From: a bacterium
GTDB taxonomy: Bacteria > Actinomycetota > Thermoleophilia > RBG-16-64-13
DNA: 32,000 nucleotides
Assembly: GCA_043801935.1 (NCBI GenBank)
Contig: JAZDLO010000130.1
Location: 12,051-44,050 of the forward strand
Direction of reading: 5' to 3'
Positions 15,321-24,080 of this stretch are shown here, piece by piece; the stretch's first letter is position 1; each line of letters opens with the position of its first letter. The notes beneath the pieces were generated by a model. The model searched no databases. It worked only from the letters and a program-made list of their open reading frames with translations, and was not told the origin of the DNA. The translations under genes were made by a program, and so were the position numbers.

Positions 15321-16780
15321 CGAGAACGATCACCATCGACCCGATCACCCGCCTCGAAGGCCACGGGAAGATCTCCATCTTCCTCGACGATGCCGGGGCG
15401 GTGGAGGACTGCTACTTCCAGATCCCCGAGCTCCGCGGGTTCGAGCAGTTCGTCGTGGGCCGTCCTATCGAGGAGTTGCCCCGCATCGTCACGCGTATCT
15501 GCGGCGTGTGCCCGGCGAGCCATCACATGGCGAGCGCCAAGGCGGTGGACGGCTGCTTCAACAACGAGGTGGCGCCCCTCGCGCACAAGCTGCGCGACAT
15601 GTACTACAACGCTCATTACATACACAGCCATACGGCCCATTTCTACGCCTTGGCCGCTCCCGACTTCGTCCTCGGCCCTGATGCCGACCCGGCGGTCCGC
15701 AACATCCTGGGAGTGGTGGCCAAGGTAGGTCTTGAGATCGGGGGGCAGGTGATCCGCATCCGGGGGCTGGCCCAGGAGGTCCAGCGGATCATCGGCGGTC
15801 GGAACACCCAGGACATCTGGTGCCTCCCCGGAGGGGTGGCCAAGAGGCTCAAGGAGGAGGAGCTCGAGCAGATCAAGCCTTGGGTTGGCGAGATGTACGA
15901 GTTCACCCAGTTCAGCCTGCAGCTGTTCCGCGACGTGGTGCTGGGAAATCCGGGCTATGTCGATCTGATCTTGAACGGACCCTTTACTCTCGACGTCCAC
16001 AATATGGGCCTGGTGGACGAGAACAACGCCCCCAATTTCTACCACGGCAAGGTCCGGGTCGTGGACTACGAGGGCAAGGAGATATGCAAGTACGAAGCCA
16101 AGGACTACGCGGAGTACGTCGCCGAGCACGTAGAGCCGTGGTCGTATCTGAAATTCCCCTATCTCAAGAAGCGCGGCTGGAAAGGCTTCGTGGAGGGGAT
16201 CGACTCGAGCCTCTATTGCGCCACGCCCCTCTCCCGGCTCAACGTCGCCGACAGGATGGCCACTCCCAAAGCCCAGGAGGCCTTTGAGGAGATGTACGGG
16301 GTGCTGGGCGCCCATCCGTGCCGCGCGCTGTTGGCCCAGCACTGGGCTCGGCTGGTGGAGATGGTCCAGAACGCGGAGACGCTCCAGGGCTATTGCGACG
16401 ACCCGGAGATAACCGGCGAGCAGGTACGCGTCATCCCGCAGACCATAAGCGGCGAGGGCTTTGGGATAGTGGAGGCCATGCGCGGGACCCTGACCCATCA
16501 CTACACCTGCGATGAGCGCGGTATCTGCACCAGCGCGAACCTGATCGTGGGCACGACGAACAACAACGCACCTATCCAGATGGTGACCAAGAAGGTGGCA
16601 CAGGCTCTGATCAAACCGGGGATAGAGCCCGACCAAGGTCTGCTGAACATGGTGGAGATGGGTTTCCGCGCCTTCGATCCATGCTACAGTTGCGCCACCC
16701 ACAGCCTTGGGCAGATGCCCCTTGAAGCCGTAATCTACAAAGGTGGCGAGCTGCACAGGGCCATCAAACGGAACTGCTGA
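15317..16780 (+). CDS. mvhA: [NiFe] hydrogenase large subunit, MvhA-like
   Basis: ITIDPITRLEGHGKI, N-terminal Ni-binding RICGVCPASHH, and C-terminal DPCYSCATH followed by a 25-aa extension (a substrate for a maturation endopeptidase). ATGA overlap with the small subunit gene. Confidence 0.93.
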   Translation: MTRTITIDPITRLEGHGKISIFLDDAGAVEDCYFQIPELRGFEQFVVGRPIEELPRIVTRICGVCPASHHMASAKAVDGCFNNEVAPLAHKLRDMYYNAHYIHSHTAHFYALAAPDFVLGPDADPAVRNILGVVAKVGLEIGGQVIRIRGLAQEVQRIIGGRNTQDIWCLPGGVAKRLKEEELEQIKPWVGEMYEFTQFSLQLFRDVVLGNPGYVDLILNGPFTLDVHNMGLVDENNAPNFYHGKVRVVDYEGKEICKYEAKDYAEYVAEHVEPWSYLKFPYLKKRGWKGFVEGIDSSLYCATPLSRLNVADRMATPKAQEAFEEMYGVLGAHPCRALLAQHWARLVEMVQNAETLQGYCDDPEITGEQVRVIPQTISGEGFGIVEAMRGTLTHHYTCDERGICTSANLIVGTTNNNAPIQMVTKKVAQALIKPGIEPDQGLLNMVEMGFRAFDPCYSCATHSLGQMPLEAVIYKGGELHRAIKRNC

Positions 16781-16796
16781 GGAAAGGCGAATCCAG

Positions 16797-17483
16797 ATGG
16801 TTGACGTTGCCCTTCTTAGCCACTCGAAGCACTTCGCGGGCCTGAGTAAACGAGAGCTGGAGCAAGTGGCCGATATTGCCGTGCTGGAAAAGCAGCCGGC
16901 CGGCCATCAAGTGATCGAGGAGAACGAGACGGCTTCAGACCTGTACCTGGTCTCCGAGGGAAGGGTCGCCGTCAAGATGAGGAGCCGCACCGGCCAGGAA
17001 GTGGTAATAGACGAGCTCGGTCCCGGCTCCCTGTTCGGGTGGTCGGCCGTATTGGACGACCAGACGTTCACAGCGGCTGTTTCCACCGTCGAGCCGTCGA
17101 TGCTCGTCGCGATCGACGGCCCCCGTCTCAGACAGCTTTTCCAGGAGTATCCGGCCATCGCCTCCCACTTGGTCACCAGCATCGCCATCGTGATCTCGAG
17201 CCGGCTCGCCCATCTGAGGTCCAAGCTGGCGGACGAGCCTTTCGCCCCGGAGTGGCTCATGTCACCTACCCAGGCCGGGCCCCTCGGCGGACCGTGCCTA
17301 TCACCGACGAGCGATATGCGGAAAATGGCCTGTCCTGCATGCGCCACCGTCAACGGGCCCTTCGGCGTTGTGAACGAGACGGCACAATATCGGTGCCGCA
17401 GCTGCGGGATGGTCTTCTACGCCCCGGCCTGCTGTGAGACTCCGGAAACTGAGTCCGACAAAGCGAAGGGCGGCGTCGCCTAA
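16797..17483 (+). CDS. Cyclic-nucleotide-binding-domain (CAP effector-domain) protein with C-terminal Cys-rich zinc-ribbon; no HTH
   Basis: Beta-barrel cNMP-domain pattern (FAGLSKRELEQVA..GHQVIEENETASDLYLVSEGRVAVKM..LGPGSLFGWSAVL..). The C-terminus reads CPAC-(17 aa)-CRSC..ACC. RBS GAGGAAAGG lies upstream of ATG 16797, which is 17 nt after the mvhA stop. Confidence 0.7.
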   Translation: MVDVALLSHSKHFAGLSKRELEQVADIAVLEKQPAGHQVIEENETASDLYLVSEGRVAVKMRSRTGQEVVIDELGPGSLFGWSAVLDDQTFTAAVSTVEPSMLVAIDGPRLRQLFQEYPAIASHLVTSIAIVISSRLAHLRSKLADEPFAPEWLMSPTQAGPLGGPCLSPTSDMRKMACPACATVNGPFGVVNETAQYRCRSCGMVFYAPACCETPETESDKAKGGVA

Positions 17484-17604
17484 GCGGCGGAGCCTCGTCT
17501 CGCTTTGGCGACAACAGGAGTTACACGTACGCCCGGGAACGGTTAGAGGCCCGTGGCTGAAGGCTTGGCCGCCCGAAGGCCGTGTACTTCGCGCCGCGGC
17601 CCTC

Positions 17605-18090
17605 TTACTGTCGCAGCAGTCGGAGCGCCTCGTGTATGATCTGGCGCGAATAGGTGGGGTAGGCGGACTCCAGTTCGGCCGTCATGCTCTCCGAGAATAT
17701 GGCGTTGTCGACGATCTCCACAGCGAAGATGTGCACGTTCTCCGGAGACGGTATGTGGGCCCCCATCCGCCGGCCCAGCTCGAGCGCCGTCGTGAAGTTG
17801 GCGTCATGCACGTTGGTGAGATTCATGGTCTCTCTGAAGGACTCCCCGGTCATGGCGTGCCACGCCCCGGGCTGTGCCCCCGTGGTCTTTATGGAGTCGA
17901 AGACGATGAGGCGGTCGTAGCCGGTCACCAGGTCAAGGAGGTTGAGCCCGCCTACGGAGCAGTCTTCAAAGATGTGGACGTCGGTCCGGTCCTTCAGTTC
18001 GGTGCTGAAGTCCTTCGCCAGTCTTATCCCTACTGCGTCATCGCAAAGGATGGGATTTCCCATGCCGAGAATGATGGTCCGTGTCGTCAT
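17605..18090 (-). CDS. [NiFe] hydrogenase maturation endopeptidase (HyaD/HybD/FrhD family)
   Basis: MTTRTIILGMGNPILCDDAVGIRLA...LIVFDSIKT...NVHDANF matches the GxGNxxxxDDGxG and D...H metal-ligand pattern of the family. The ORF-track start at 18192 is trimmed to ATG 18090. Confidence 0.85.
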   Translation of the reverse strand: MTTRTIILGMGNPILCDDAVGIRLAKDFSTELKDRTDVHIFEDCSVGGLNLLDLVTGYDRLIVFDSIKTTGAQPGAWHAMTGESFRETMNLTNVHDANFTTALELGRRMGAHIPSPENVHIFAVEIVDNAIFSESMTAELESAYPTYSRQIIHEALRLLRQ

Positions 18091-18175
18091 CTCTGCCTGT
18101 ATCGCACATCGCGCGGCCGCGCGCAAGGGGGAAGGCCGACTTCTGAGAGGCGGCGGATGGTAAGGGGTCGCAAGC

Positions 18176-18520
18176 TTGCATGAGTTGAGCATCGCCCAGG
18201 CTCTTGTGGATCAAGTCGAGGAAGTAAGGACGTCCAACGGCGGCGGCCGTGTTCTCGCCGCCCAGGTCCGGATAGGGACGTGGCATCTGATCGTGCCCGA
18301 GATCCTTGCCGGTTACTACGAACTGCTCGTGCGCGGAACACCCCTGGAGGGCTCGCGCGTGGCTATCGAGACCGTGGACGCGAGGGCCCGCTGTAATAAG
18401 TGCAACAGGATCTTTCCCGTGCAAGAAGCGTGGGTCGTCTGTCCGGATTGCGCGTCGCTCGACGCTTGTCTTTTGAGCGGGAAGGAATTGAATCTCGTCA
18501 GCGTGGAAATGGAGGATTGA
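18176..18520 (+). CDS. hypA: Hydrogenase nickel-insertion protein HypA
   Basis: N-terminal MHELSIA plus zinc site CNKC...CPDC. 114 aa. Confidence 0.92.
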   Translation: MHELSIAQALVDQVEEVRTSNGGGRVLAAQVRIGTWHLIVPEILAGYYELLVRGTPLEGSRVAIETVDARARCNKCNRIFPVQEAWVVCPDCASLDACLLSGKELNLVSVEMED

Positions 18521-18526
18521 GCTAGC

Positions 18527-19213
18527 TTGGAGATCAAGGTCCTACAGAACATACTCGAGGTCAACGACCAGGCGGCGGCCGAGATCCGGAGAGGACTGGC
18601 GGCCGAGGGCGTGACGGCGGTCAACGTGATCAGCGCTCCGGGAGCCGGTAAGACGTCTCTCCTCGAGCGAGTGATCCCTCTCCTGGGGACTCGTTTGCGG
18701 GTGGCCGTCCTCGAAGGCGATATCGCCACCACCCGGGATGCCGAGCGCATCGACAGACTCGGGGTCCCGGTGGTCCAGCTTCTCACGGGCGGGGGTTGTC
18801 ATTTGGAGGCGACGCTGGTCGGCAAGGGGTTGGCCGAGCTGCCTCTGGCGGATCTGGATCTGGTGTTCATCGAGAACGTGGGCAACATCGCCTGTCCCGC
18901 TGAGTTCGACTTGGGTGAAGCAGCCAAGATAGGCCTGCTGAGCGTCACCGAAGGTCACGACAAGCCTGCCAAGTACCCACTGCTGTTCCACGAGGTGGGG
19001 GCTCTGGTGCTGAACAAGGTGGACCTGTTGCCGTACACGGACTTCGACCTCGATCTCTTCGAGCGTGATTTCCGAGGTCTCAACGCGCACGCTCCCGTTT
19101 TCCTGGTCTCCTGCCGGACGGGGGAGGGGATCGCCGCATTCGTCAGCTGGCTGCAGGGAAAAGTGGACGAAGCCCGAGAGGGCGAGGGTCAGCCGGGATC
19201 CACCGGATACTGA
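18527..19213 (+). CDS. hypB: Hydrogenase nickel-incorporation GTPase HypB (no His-rich or CxxCGC N-terminus)
   Basis: P-loop SAPGAGKTSLLE, GGGCHLEA (the CH motif), ENVGN, NKVDL. TTG start 10 nt after GGAGGA. Confidence 0.9.
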   Translation: MEIKVLQNILEVNDQAAAEIRRGLAAEGVTAVNVISAPGAGKTSLLERVIPLLGTRLRVAVLEGDIATTRDAERIDRLGVPVVQLLTGGGCHLEATLVGKGLAELPLADLDLVFIENVGNIACPAEFDLGEAAKIGLLSVTEGHDKPAKYPLLFHEVGALVLNKVDLLPYTDFDLDLFERDFRGLNAHAPVFLVSCRTGEGIAAFVSWLQGKVDEAREGEGQPGSTGY

Positions 19214-21498
19214 TGGTAGCCCGCGTCAGAGCCCGCGTCCAGGGCACGGTGCAGGGAGTGGGCTTCAGGCCCGCCGTCTTTCGGCACGCCGTGGCCTGCG
19301 GCTTGACGGGCTTCGTCCGCAACGATCCCCAGGGCGTCACTCTGGACGTCGAGGGAGACGAAGACAGGGTGGCCGCGTTCTTCGACGGATTGGCGGCGCA
19401 CGCGCCTCAGCAGGCCGAAATCCAGCGGGTGACGACGCGGAGGCTTGCGCCCCGCGGCTACGAGAGTTTCGACGTGATGCCGTCGGAGCCGGGTGGGAGG
19501 GTCAGGGTCCATCTTCCCCCGGATCTGGCTACGTGCCCGGTGTGCCTGAGAGAGTTGTGGGACCCCACCGATCGTCGCCATCGATACCCGTTCATCAACT
19601 GTGTCGACTGCGGACCTCGCTTCACCATCGTGAATGCCCTGCCCTACGATCGCGCCGCTACGTCCATGGACAGCTTCACCCTCTGCAGCGCTTGTGCCCG
19701 GGAATACCACGACCCGGGAGACCGGCGGTTCCACGCCCAACCGAACGCCTGTCCCGAGTGCGGGCCGCATCTTTTCTTGCTCCGGCCGGACGGGGTGGAG
19801 CTGGAGGTCGGTGAATGCGCGCTCCGACAGGCTCAAGGACTGCTCGCGGCCGGGGATATAGTGGCGGTGAAAGGTCTGGGGGGTTACCACCTCGCCTGCA
19901 GCGCCTTTGACGGTGAGGCGATCGCTCGGCTTCGCGATCGAAAAGATCGCCCGCACAAGGCCTTGGCCGTCATGTTCAGGGACTTAACGGCGCTTCGGAA
20001 GTACCTATCGGTCACCCGAGCCGAGATGGCGGAACTGCAGTCGTCGTCCCGGCCCATCGTGGTCGTGCAGGGGCGATTCAGCGCTGCGGTCTCCCCGGAT
20101 ACCGATAGCACTGGGGCCTTCCTGCCCTACACTCCCCTCCATCACCTACTCCTAGAGCCGTTCGAGGCGCTGGTTCTCACCAGCGGCAACCGCAGGGATG
20201 AGCCTATCGCCCGGGACGAATCGGAAGTGCAGCACCTTCTGGGCCCGGTGGCCGACGCCGCCCTTGCTCATGATCGCCCCGTCGCGGGCCGCTGCGACGA
20301 CTCGGTCGTCCGGCTGATCGATGGCGGCCGCCAGTTCTTGCGGCGCGCCCGCGGCTTCGTGCCCATCCCGGTGCGGATCGCCCCCGCTTCTCTCCCGGTG
20401 CTTGCCACCGGAGCAGAGTTGAAGAACACCTTCTGCCTGGTGGGAGGGGGGGAGGCGTTCGTGTCCCAGCACATAGGTGAGCTTCGAGACTATCCCACCT
20501 ACGTCTTCTACCAAGAGGAGATGATCCGTTGGCAGGAGCTGCTGAGGATCGAGCCCCGAATAGTGGCGCACGATCTACATCCGGCCTACCTTTCCTCGAC
20601 CTATGCCCGGAGTCTTGAGAACGTCAGTCTGGTAGGAGTCCAACATCACCACGCCCACGTGGCCAGCGTCATGGCGGAGAAGGGCCTTCTTGGCCCCGTA
20701 ATCGGGATTGCTTTCGACGGGACCGGCTATGGCACCGATGGGACGGTGTGGGGCGGCGAGTTCCTCCTCGCGGACCGGCTCGACTTCCAGCGTCTCTCTC
20801 ATTTCCAGACCTACGCCCTTCCCGGAGGGGAGAAGGCCATCGACGAACCGTGGCGCATGGCTCTCAGCATGTGCTTGGCCGAGGGGATCCCTTGGTCGCG
20901 CGGCGAGCAGAAAGACGAAGGGAAGGAAGTACCGGTCGAGCTGGTGGAGCGACTCATCTCCTCCGGTATCAACTGCCCCCTCACCTCCAGCGCCGGCCGG
21001 CTTTTCGACGCCGTGGCGTCTTTGCTCGGGCTCTGCGATGCGGCCGGCTACGAAGCCCAAGGGGCCATCCGGCTCGAGGCGGCCGCCGATCCGGCCGCCC
21101 GGGGCCACTACCCGTTCGAAATCCACCGAACCGCGGAACCCTGGCTGCTCGATTTCGGGCCCACCCTGCACGCACTGGTGGAAGACCGGGGGCGCTGTAC
21201 GGACGTCGGCCTGGTGGCGGCGAGATTCCACAACACGGTAGCCGCCGCGACTGCGGCGGTCGCCCACAGACTGTGCGCCGATCGGAACGTGACGGACGTC
21301 GTACTCTCGGGCGGCGTGTTCCAAAATGGTCTGCTCCTGGACCGCACCCGCCGGGCGCTGCGAGCTGCCGGTCTGAGCGTGCACGTGAATTCGGTGGTGC
21401 CGCCGAACGACGGGGGTATCTCGCTCGGGCAGGCCGCGGTCGCCGTCGCCCGAGCAGGGGTCTCCGCCGTCGCCAGAGAAGTAGCCCCATGTGCCTAG
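19213..21498 (+). CDS. hypF: Carbamoyltransferase HypF
   Basis: Acylphosphatase domain (VQGTVQGVGFRP), two zinc-finger pairs (CPVC..CVDCGPRF; CSAC..CPECGP), a YrdC-like domain and a Kae1-like domain. 761 aa. Confidence 0.93.
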   Translation: MVARVRARVQGTVQGVGFRPAVFRHAVACGLTGFVRNDPQGVTLDVEGDEDRVAAFFDGLAAHAPQQAEIQRVTTRRLAPRGYESFDVMPSEPGGRVRVHLPPDLATCPVCLRELWDPTDRRHRYPFINCVDCGPRFTIVNALPYDRAATSMDSFTLCSACAREYHDPGDRRFHAQPNACPECGPHLFLLRPDGVELEVGECALRQAQGLLAAGDIVAVKGLGGYHLACSAFDGEAIARLRDRKDRPHKALAVMFRDLTALRKYLSVTRAEMAELQSSSRPIVVVQGRFSAAVSPDTDSTGAFLPYTPLHHLLLEPFEALVLTSGNRRDEPIARDESEVQHLLGPVADAALAHDRPVAGRCDDSVVRLIDGGRQFLRRARGFVPIPVRIAPASLPVLATGAELKNTFCLVGGGEAFVSQHIGELRDYPTYVFYQEEMIRWQELLRIEPRIVAHDLHPAYLSSTYARSLENVSLVGVQHHHAHVASVMAEKGLLGPVIGIAFDGTGYGTDGTVWGGEFLLADRLDFQRLSHFQTYALPGGEKAIDEPWRMALSMCLAEGIPWSRGEQKDEGKEVPVELVERLISSGINCPLTSSAGRLFDAVASLLGLCDAAGYEAQGAIRLEAAADPAARGHYPFEIHRTAEPWLLDFGPTLHALVEDRGRCTDVGLVAARFHNTVAAATAAVAHRLCADRNVTDVVLSGGVFQNGLLLDRTRRALRAAGLSVHVNSVVPPNDGGISLGQAAVAVARAGVSAVAREVAPCA

Positions 21499-21716
21499 CC
21501 GTACCTGCTGAAGTGACCGCCCTTACCGGGGTCACAGCCACGGTCTCCGTGGAAGGTGCCTTTCGAGAGGTGGATGTCTCCCTGGTCGACGGGGTGGCGG
21601 TCGGAGACTACGTGCTGGTTCATGCGGGATTCGCTCTCCATCGCTGGGACCTCGACCAGGTGCTCGAGTGGAGGGCGATCATGGGGGAGATGACGGCGGG
21701 AGAGGAGCCGCGGTGA
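21489..21716 (+). CDS. hypC: Hydrogenase assembly chaperone HypC
   Basis: N-terminal MCLAVPAEV with the essential Cys2. 75 aa. Overlaps the hypF 3' end and is embedded in the longer ORF-track entry 20748..21716. Confidence 0.88.
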   Translation: MCLAVPAEVTALTGVTATVSVEGAFREVDVSLVDGVAVGDYVLVHAGFALHRWDLDQVLEWRAIMGEMTAGEEPR

Positions 21717-22804
21717 CGCCGCCCCTTCCCACCGGCGTCAGGGCGCTCGTCACGGCGATGGAGGACCATGCCCGCCGCATCGGCCGGCCGGTCAGGCTGA
21801 TGGAAGTGTGCGGGACCCACACGACCGTCGCTTTCCGAAGCGGCCTTCGCGGCCTTCTGCCCGAAGGAGTGTCCCTTGTGTCCGGACCCGGCTGTCCGGT
21901 GTGTGTCACCCCGGCGGGGTTCGTCGATGCCGCCATCGAGATGAGCCATCGCCCGGGGGTGGCAGTCACCACCTTCGGCGATCTGGTGCGCGTGCCGGGT
22001 AGTGAGTCGTCACTGGAGAAAGAGCGGGCCGCCGGGGCTCAGGTCAGGGTAGTGTACGCGCCGGCGGACGCTCTCGCCTACGCCCGCTCGGACGCGTCGC
22101 GGATCGTCGTTTTTCTCGCGGTCGGTTTTGAGACGACCGCGCCCGGTGTCGCCCTGACCGTGAAAGCGGCCGAGGAGGAGGGTGTATCGAACTACCTGGT
22201 CTTGTCCGCGCACAAGACGATGCCTCGGGCCATGGAGGCGCTGGTCGGCGACCACGACGTGCAGATCGACGGCTTCCTCTGTCCCGGCCATGTCAGCGTC
22301 ATGACGGGAGCTTCGGCCTTCGCGTTTTTGGCCGAAGAACACAGCATTCCCTGTGTCGTCGCCGGCTTCGAAGAGCTGGACATGCTGCGGGGCGTCGTGA
22401 TGCTTCTCTCCCAATTGGCCGACGGGAGGAGCGAGGTCGAGATCGAATACGATCGGGCGGTGAGCCGTGGGGGCAACAAGGCCGCCCAGCGGATCATGAG
22501 CGAGGTATTCGAGGAGTGCGACTCGGAGTGGCGGGGTCTGGGAGTCATTCCCGGAAGCGGTCTGGCGATCCGTGCCTCCTATGCGGCCCACGAAGCGGCG
22601 GAGACCCTGGGGGTGACCGTGCAGGCCGGCCGGCCTTCGCCCGGATGCCGGTGCGGAGACGTGCTACGCGGGTCGATAGCGCCGCCCGAGTGCCGGCTCT
22701 TCGAGCGAGGGTGCACGCCGTCCCGGCCATTGGGCCCCTGCATGGTCTCCAGCGAGGGAGCGTGCGCCGCGTATGCGCGCTACTGGAGAGGGGACCGGTC
22801 ATGA
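21713..22804 (+). CDS. hypD: Hydrogenase maturation factor HypD
   Basis: CGTHT, GPGCPVCVT, GFETTAP and CPGHVS motifs. GTG 21713 overlaps the hypC stop (GTGA). The alternative start is 21668. Confidence 0.9.
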   Translation: MTPPLPTGVRALVTAMEDHARRIGRPVRLMEVCGTHTTVAFRSGLRGLLPEGVSLVSGPGCPVCVTPAGFVDAAIEMSHRPGVAVTTFGDLVRVPGSESSLEKERAAGAQVRVVYAPADALAYARSDASRIVVFLAVGFETTAPGVALTVKAAEEEGVSNYLVLSAHKTMPRAMEALVGDHDVQIDGFLCPGHVSVMTGASAFAFLAEEHSIPCVVAGFEELDMLRGVVMLLSQLADGRSEVEIEYDRAVSRGGNKAAQRIMSEVFEECDSEWRGLGVIPGSGLAIRASYAAHEAAETLGVTVQAGRPSPGCRCGDVLRGSIAPPECRLFERGCTPSRPLGPCMVSSEGACAAYARYWRGDRS

Positions 22805-23811
22805 CCGTCGAGCGCGTGCTGCTGGCGCACGGCGGCGGCGGCCGGCTGACCAAAGAGCTGATCGAGCAGGTCTTTCTGCCCTGCCTCGGTAACCCCGCTC
22901 TCAACCCCCTCGATGACGCCGCCCTTCTCGACCTGGAAGCGGGTGACTGGGCTTTCACCACCGATAGCTACGTGGTCTCGCCGCTGTTCTTCCCCGGCGG
23001 GGACATCGGCAAGCTCGCCGTGTGCGGCACGGTCAACGACCTGGCTGTCAAAGGCGCCCGCCCCCTCTGGATGAGTCTCGGGCTGGTGTTGGAGGAGGGC
23101 CTCCCCCTGGCCGACCTGCGCCGCGTGGCGGAGTCGATAGGATCTTGGACGGGGTCGGTGGGGGTGGCTGTGGTCGCCGGCGACACCAAAGTCGTGGAGA
23201 GAGGGCGATGCGACGGGCTCTACGTCAACACTGCCGGGATCGGGAAGGTCGTCACTTCCTTGCCCCTGGGACCCGACAGCATCAGGCCGGGCGACTCGGT
23301 GATCGTCAGCGGATATCTGGGCGATCACGGGATAGCGGTCTTGAGCCGGCGCTCCGGGATCTCCTTCTCCCCGGAGGTCTCGAGTGACTGCGCGCCTCTT
23401 TGGGGTCTGGTGAGCACGGTCCTCGCCACCGGCCGCACCGTGCATGCGATGCGCGATCTGACCAGGGGCGGCCTGGCGGGGGCGCTGTGCGACCTGGCCG
23501 AGAGCTCGGGACTGGGGCTGCGTATCTGGGAAGAGAAGCTGCCGGTCCGCAGCGTTGTCAGGGGAGCCTGCAGCCTGCTCGGTTTCGACCCCCTCGCCAT
23601 CGCGAACGAGGGCAACATGGTCGTTTTCTGCCCGGCCGCCGACGCCCCGGACGTTCTGAGCGCGATGAAGCGCCACCCCGTGGGCCGATGGGCGGAGATC
23701 GTCGGCGACGTACGCGAAGAGCCCAAGAGAACGGTGCTTATGGTGAGCAGCATCGGGGGCGAGCGGGTGGTGGACATGCCCACGGGAGAGGATCTTCCCA
23801 GGATCTGCTGA
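22801..23811 (+). CDS. hypE: Hydrogenase maturation carbamoyl dehydratase HypE
   Basis: An AIR-synthase-like fold protein ending in the HypE signature PRIC. ATGA overlap with hypD. The ORF-track start at 22516 is rejected. Confidence 0.92.
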   Translation: MTVERVLLAHGGGGRLTKELIEQVFLPCLGNPALNPLDDAALLDLEAGDWAFTTDSYVVSPLFFPGGDIGKLAVCGTVNDLAVKGARPLWMSLGLVLEEGLPLADLRRVAESIGSWTGSVGVAVVAGDTKVVERGRCDGLYVNTAGIGKVVTSLPLGPDSIRPGDSVIVSGYLGDHGIAVLSRRSGISFSPEVSSDCAPLWGLVSTVLATGRTVHAMRDLTRGGLAGALCDLAESSGLGLRIWEEKLPVRSVVRGACSLLGFDPLAIANEGNMVVFCPAADAPDVLSAMKRHPVGRWAEIVGDVREEPKRTVLMVSSIGGERVVDMPTGEDLPRIC

Positions 23812-23896
23812 GCCGCGACGGCTCTGTTGTTCGGTCTTACACTCGGGGCAAGAACCTAGCTTTGTAGGATAAGACCTACACAGACGTAAGTATATG

Positions 23897-23938
23897 TTGA
23901 CATACCCATCTTGCTTGTGTATTCATGTACATGTCATG
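23897..23938 (+). promoter_or_regulatory. Conserved promoter/operator element, copy B (upstream of the receiver-hydCBA operon)
   Basis: TTGACA (23897-23902), 17-nt spacer, TATTCA (23920-23925), and the perfect 10-nt palindrome CATGTACATG (23924-23933). Identical at 38/42 positions to 8871-8912. Confidence 0.7.
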
Positions 23939-24080
23939 GGGAAAGGATCTGCCGAATCGGGACGGCTCTGTCGCGCACAGGCAGTATGCGCCATGACTCG
24001 CGAAAGGCCATTCGACAGTCGGGCGCGAGAGCTACCGAGCGTTCGTCTGGGCGGGGTTGATTCTAAAGAAGGAGAGTGTA

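Noticed and set aside
17484-17604. Possible bidirectional terminator between the convergent cNMP-domain gene and the endopeptidase gene
   Set aside because: Only 3-4-bp GC stems (for example GGCC-N7-GGCC) could be drawn and there is no T tract, which is not enough to call a terminator.
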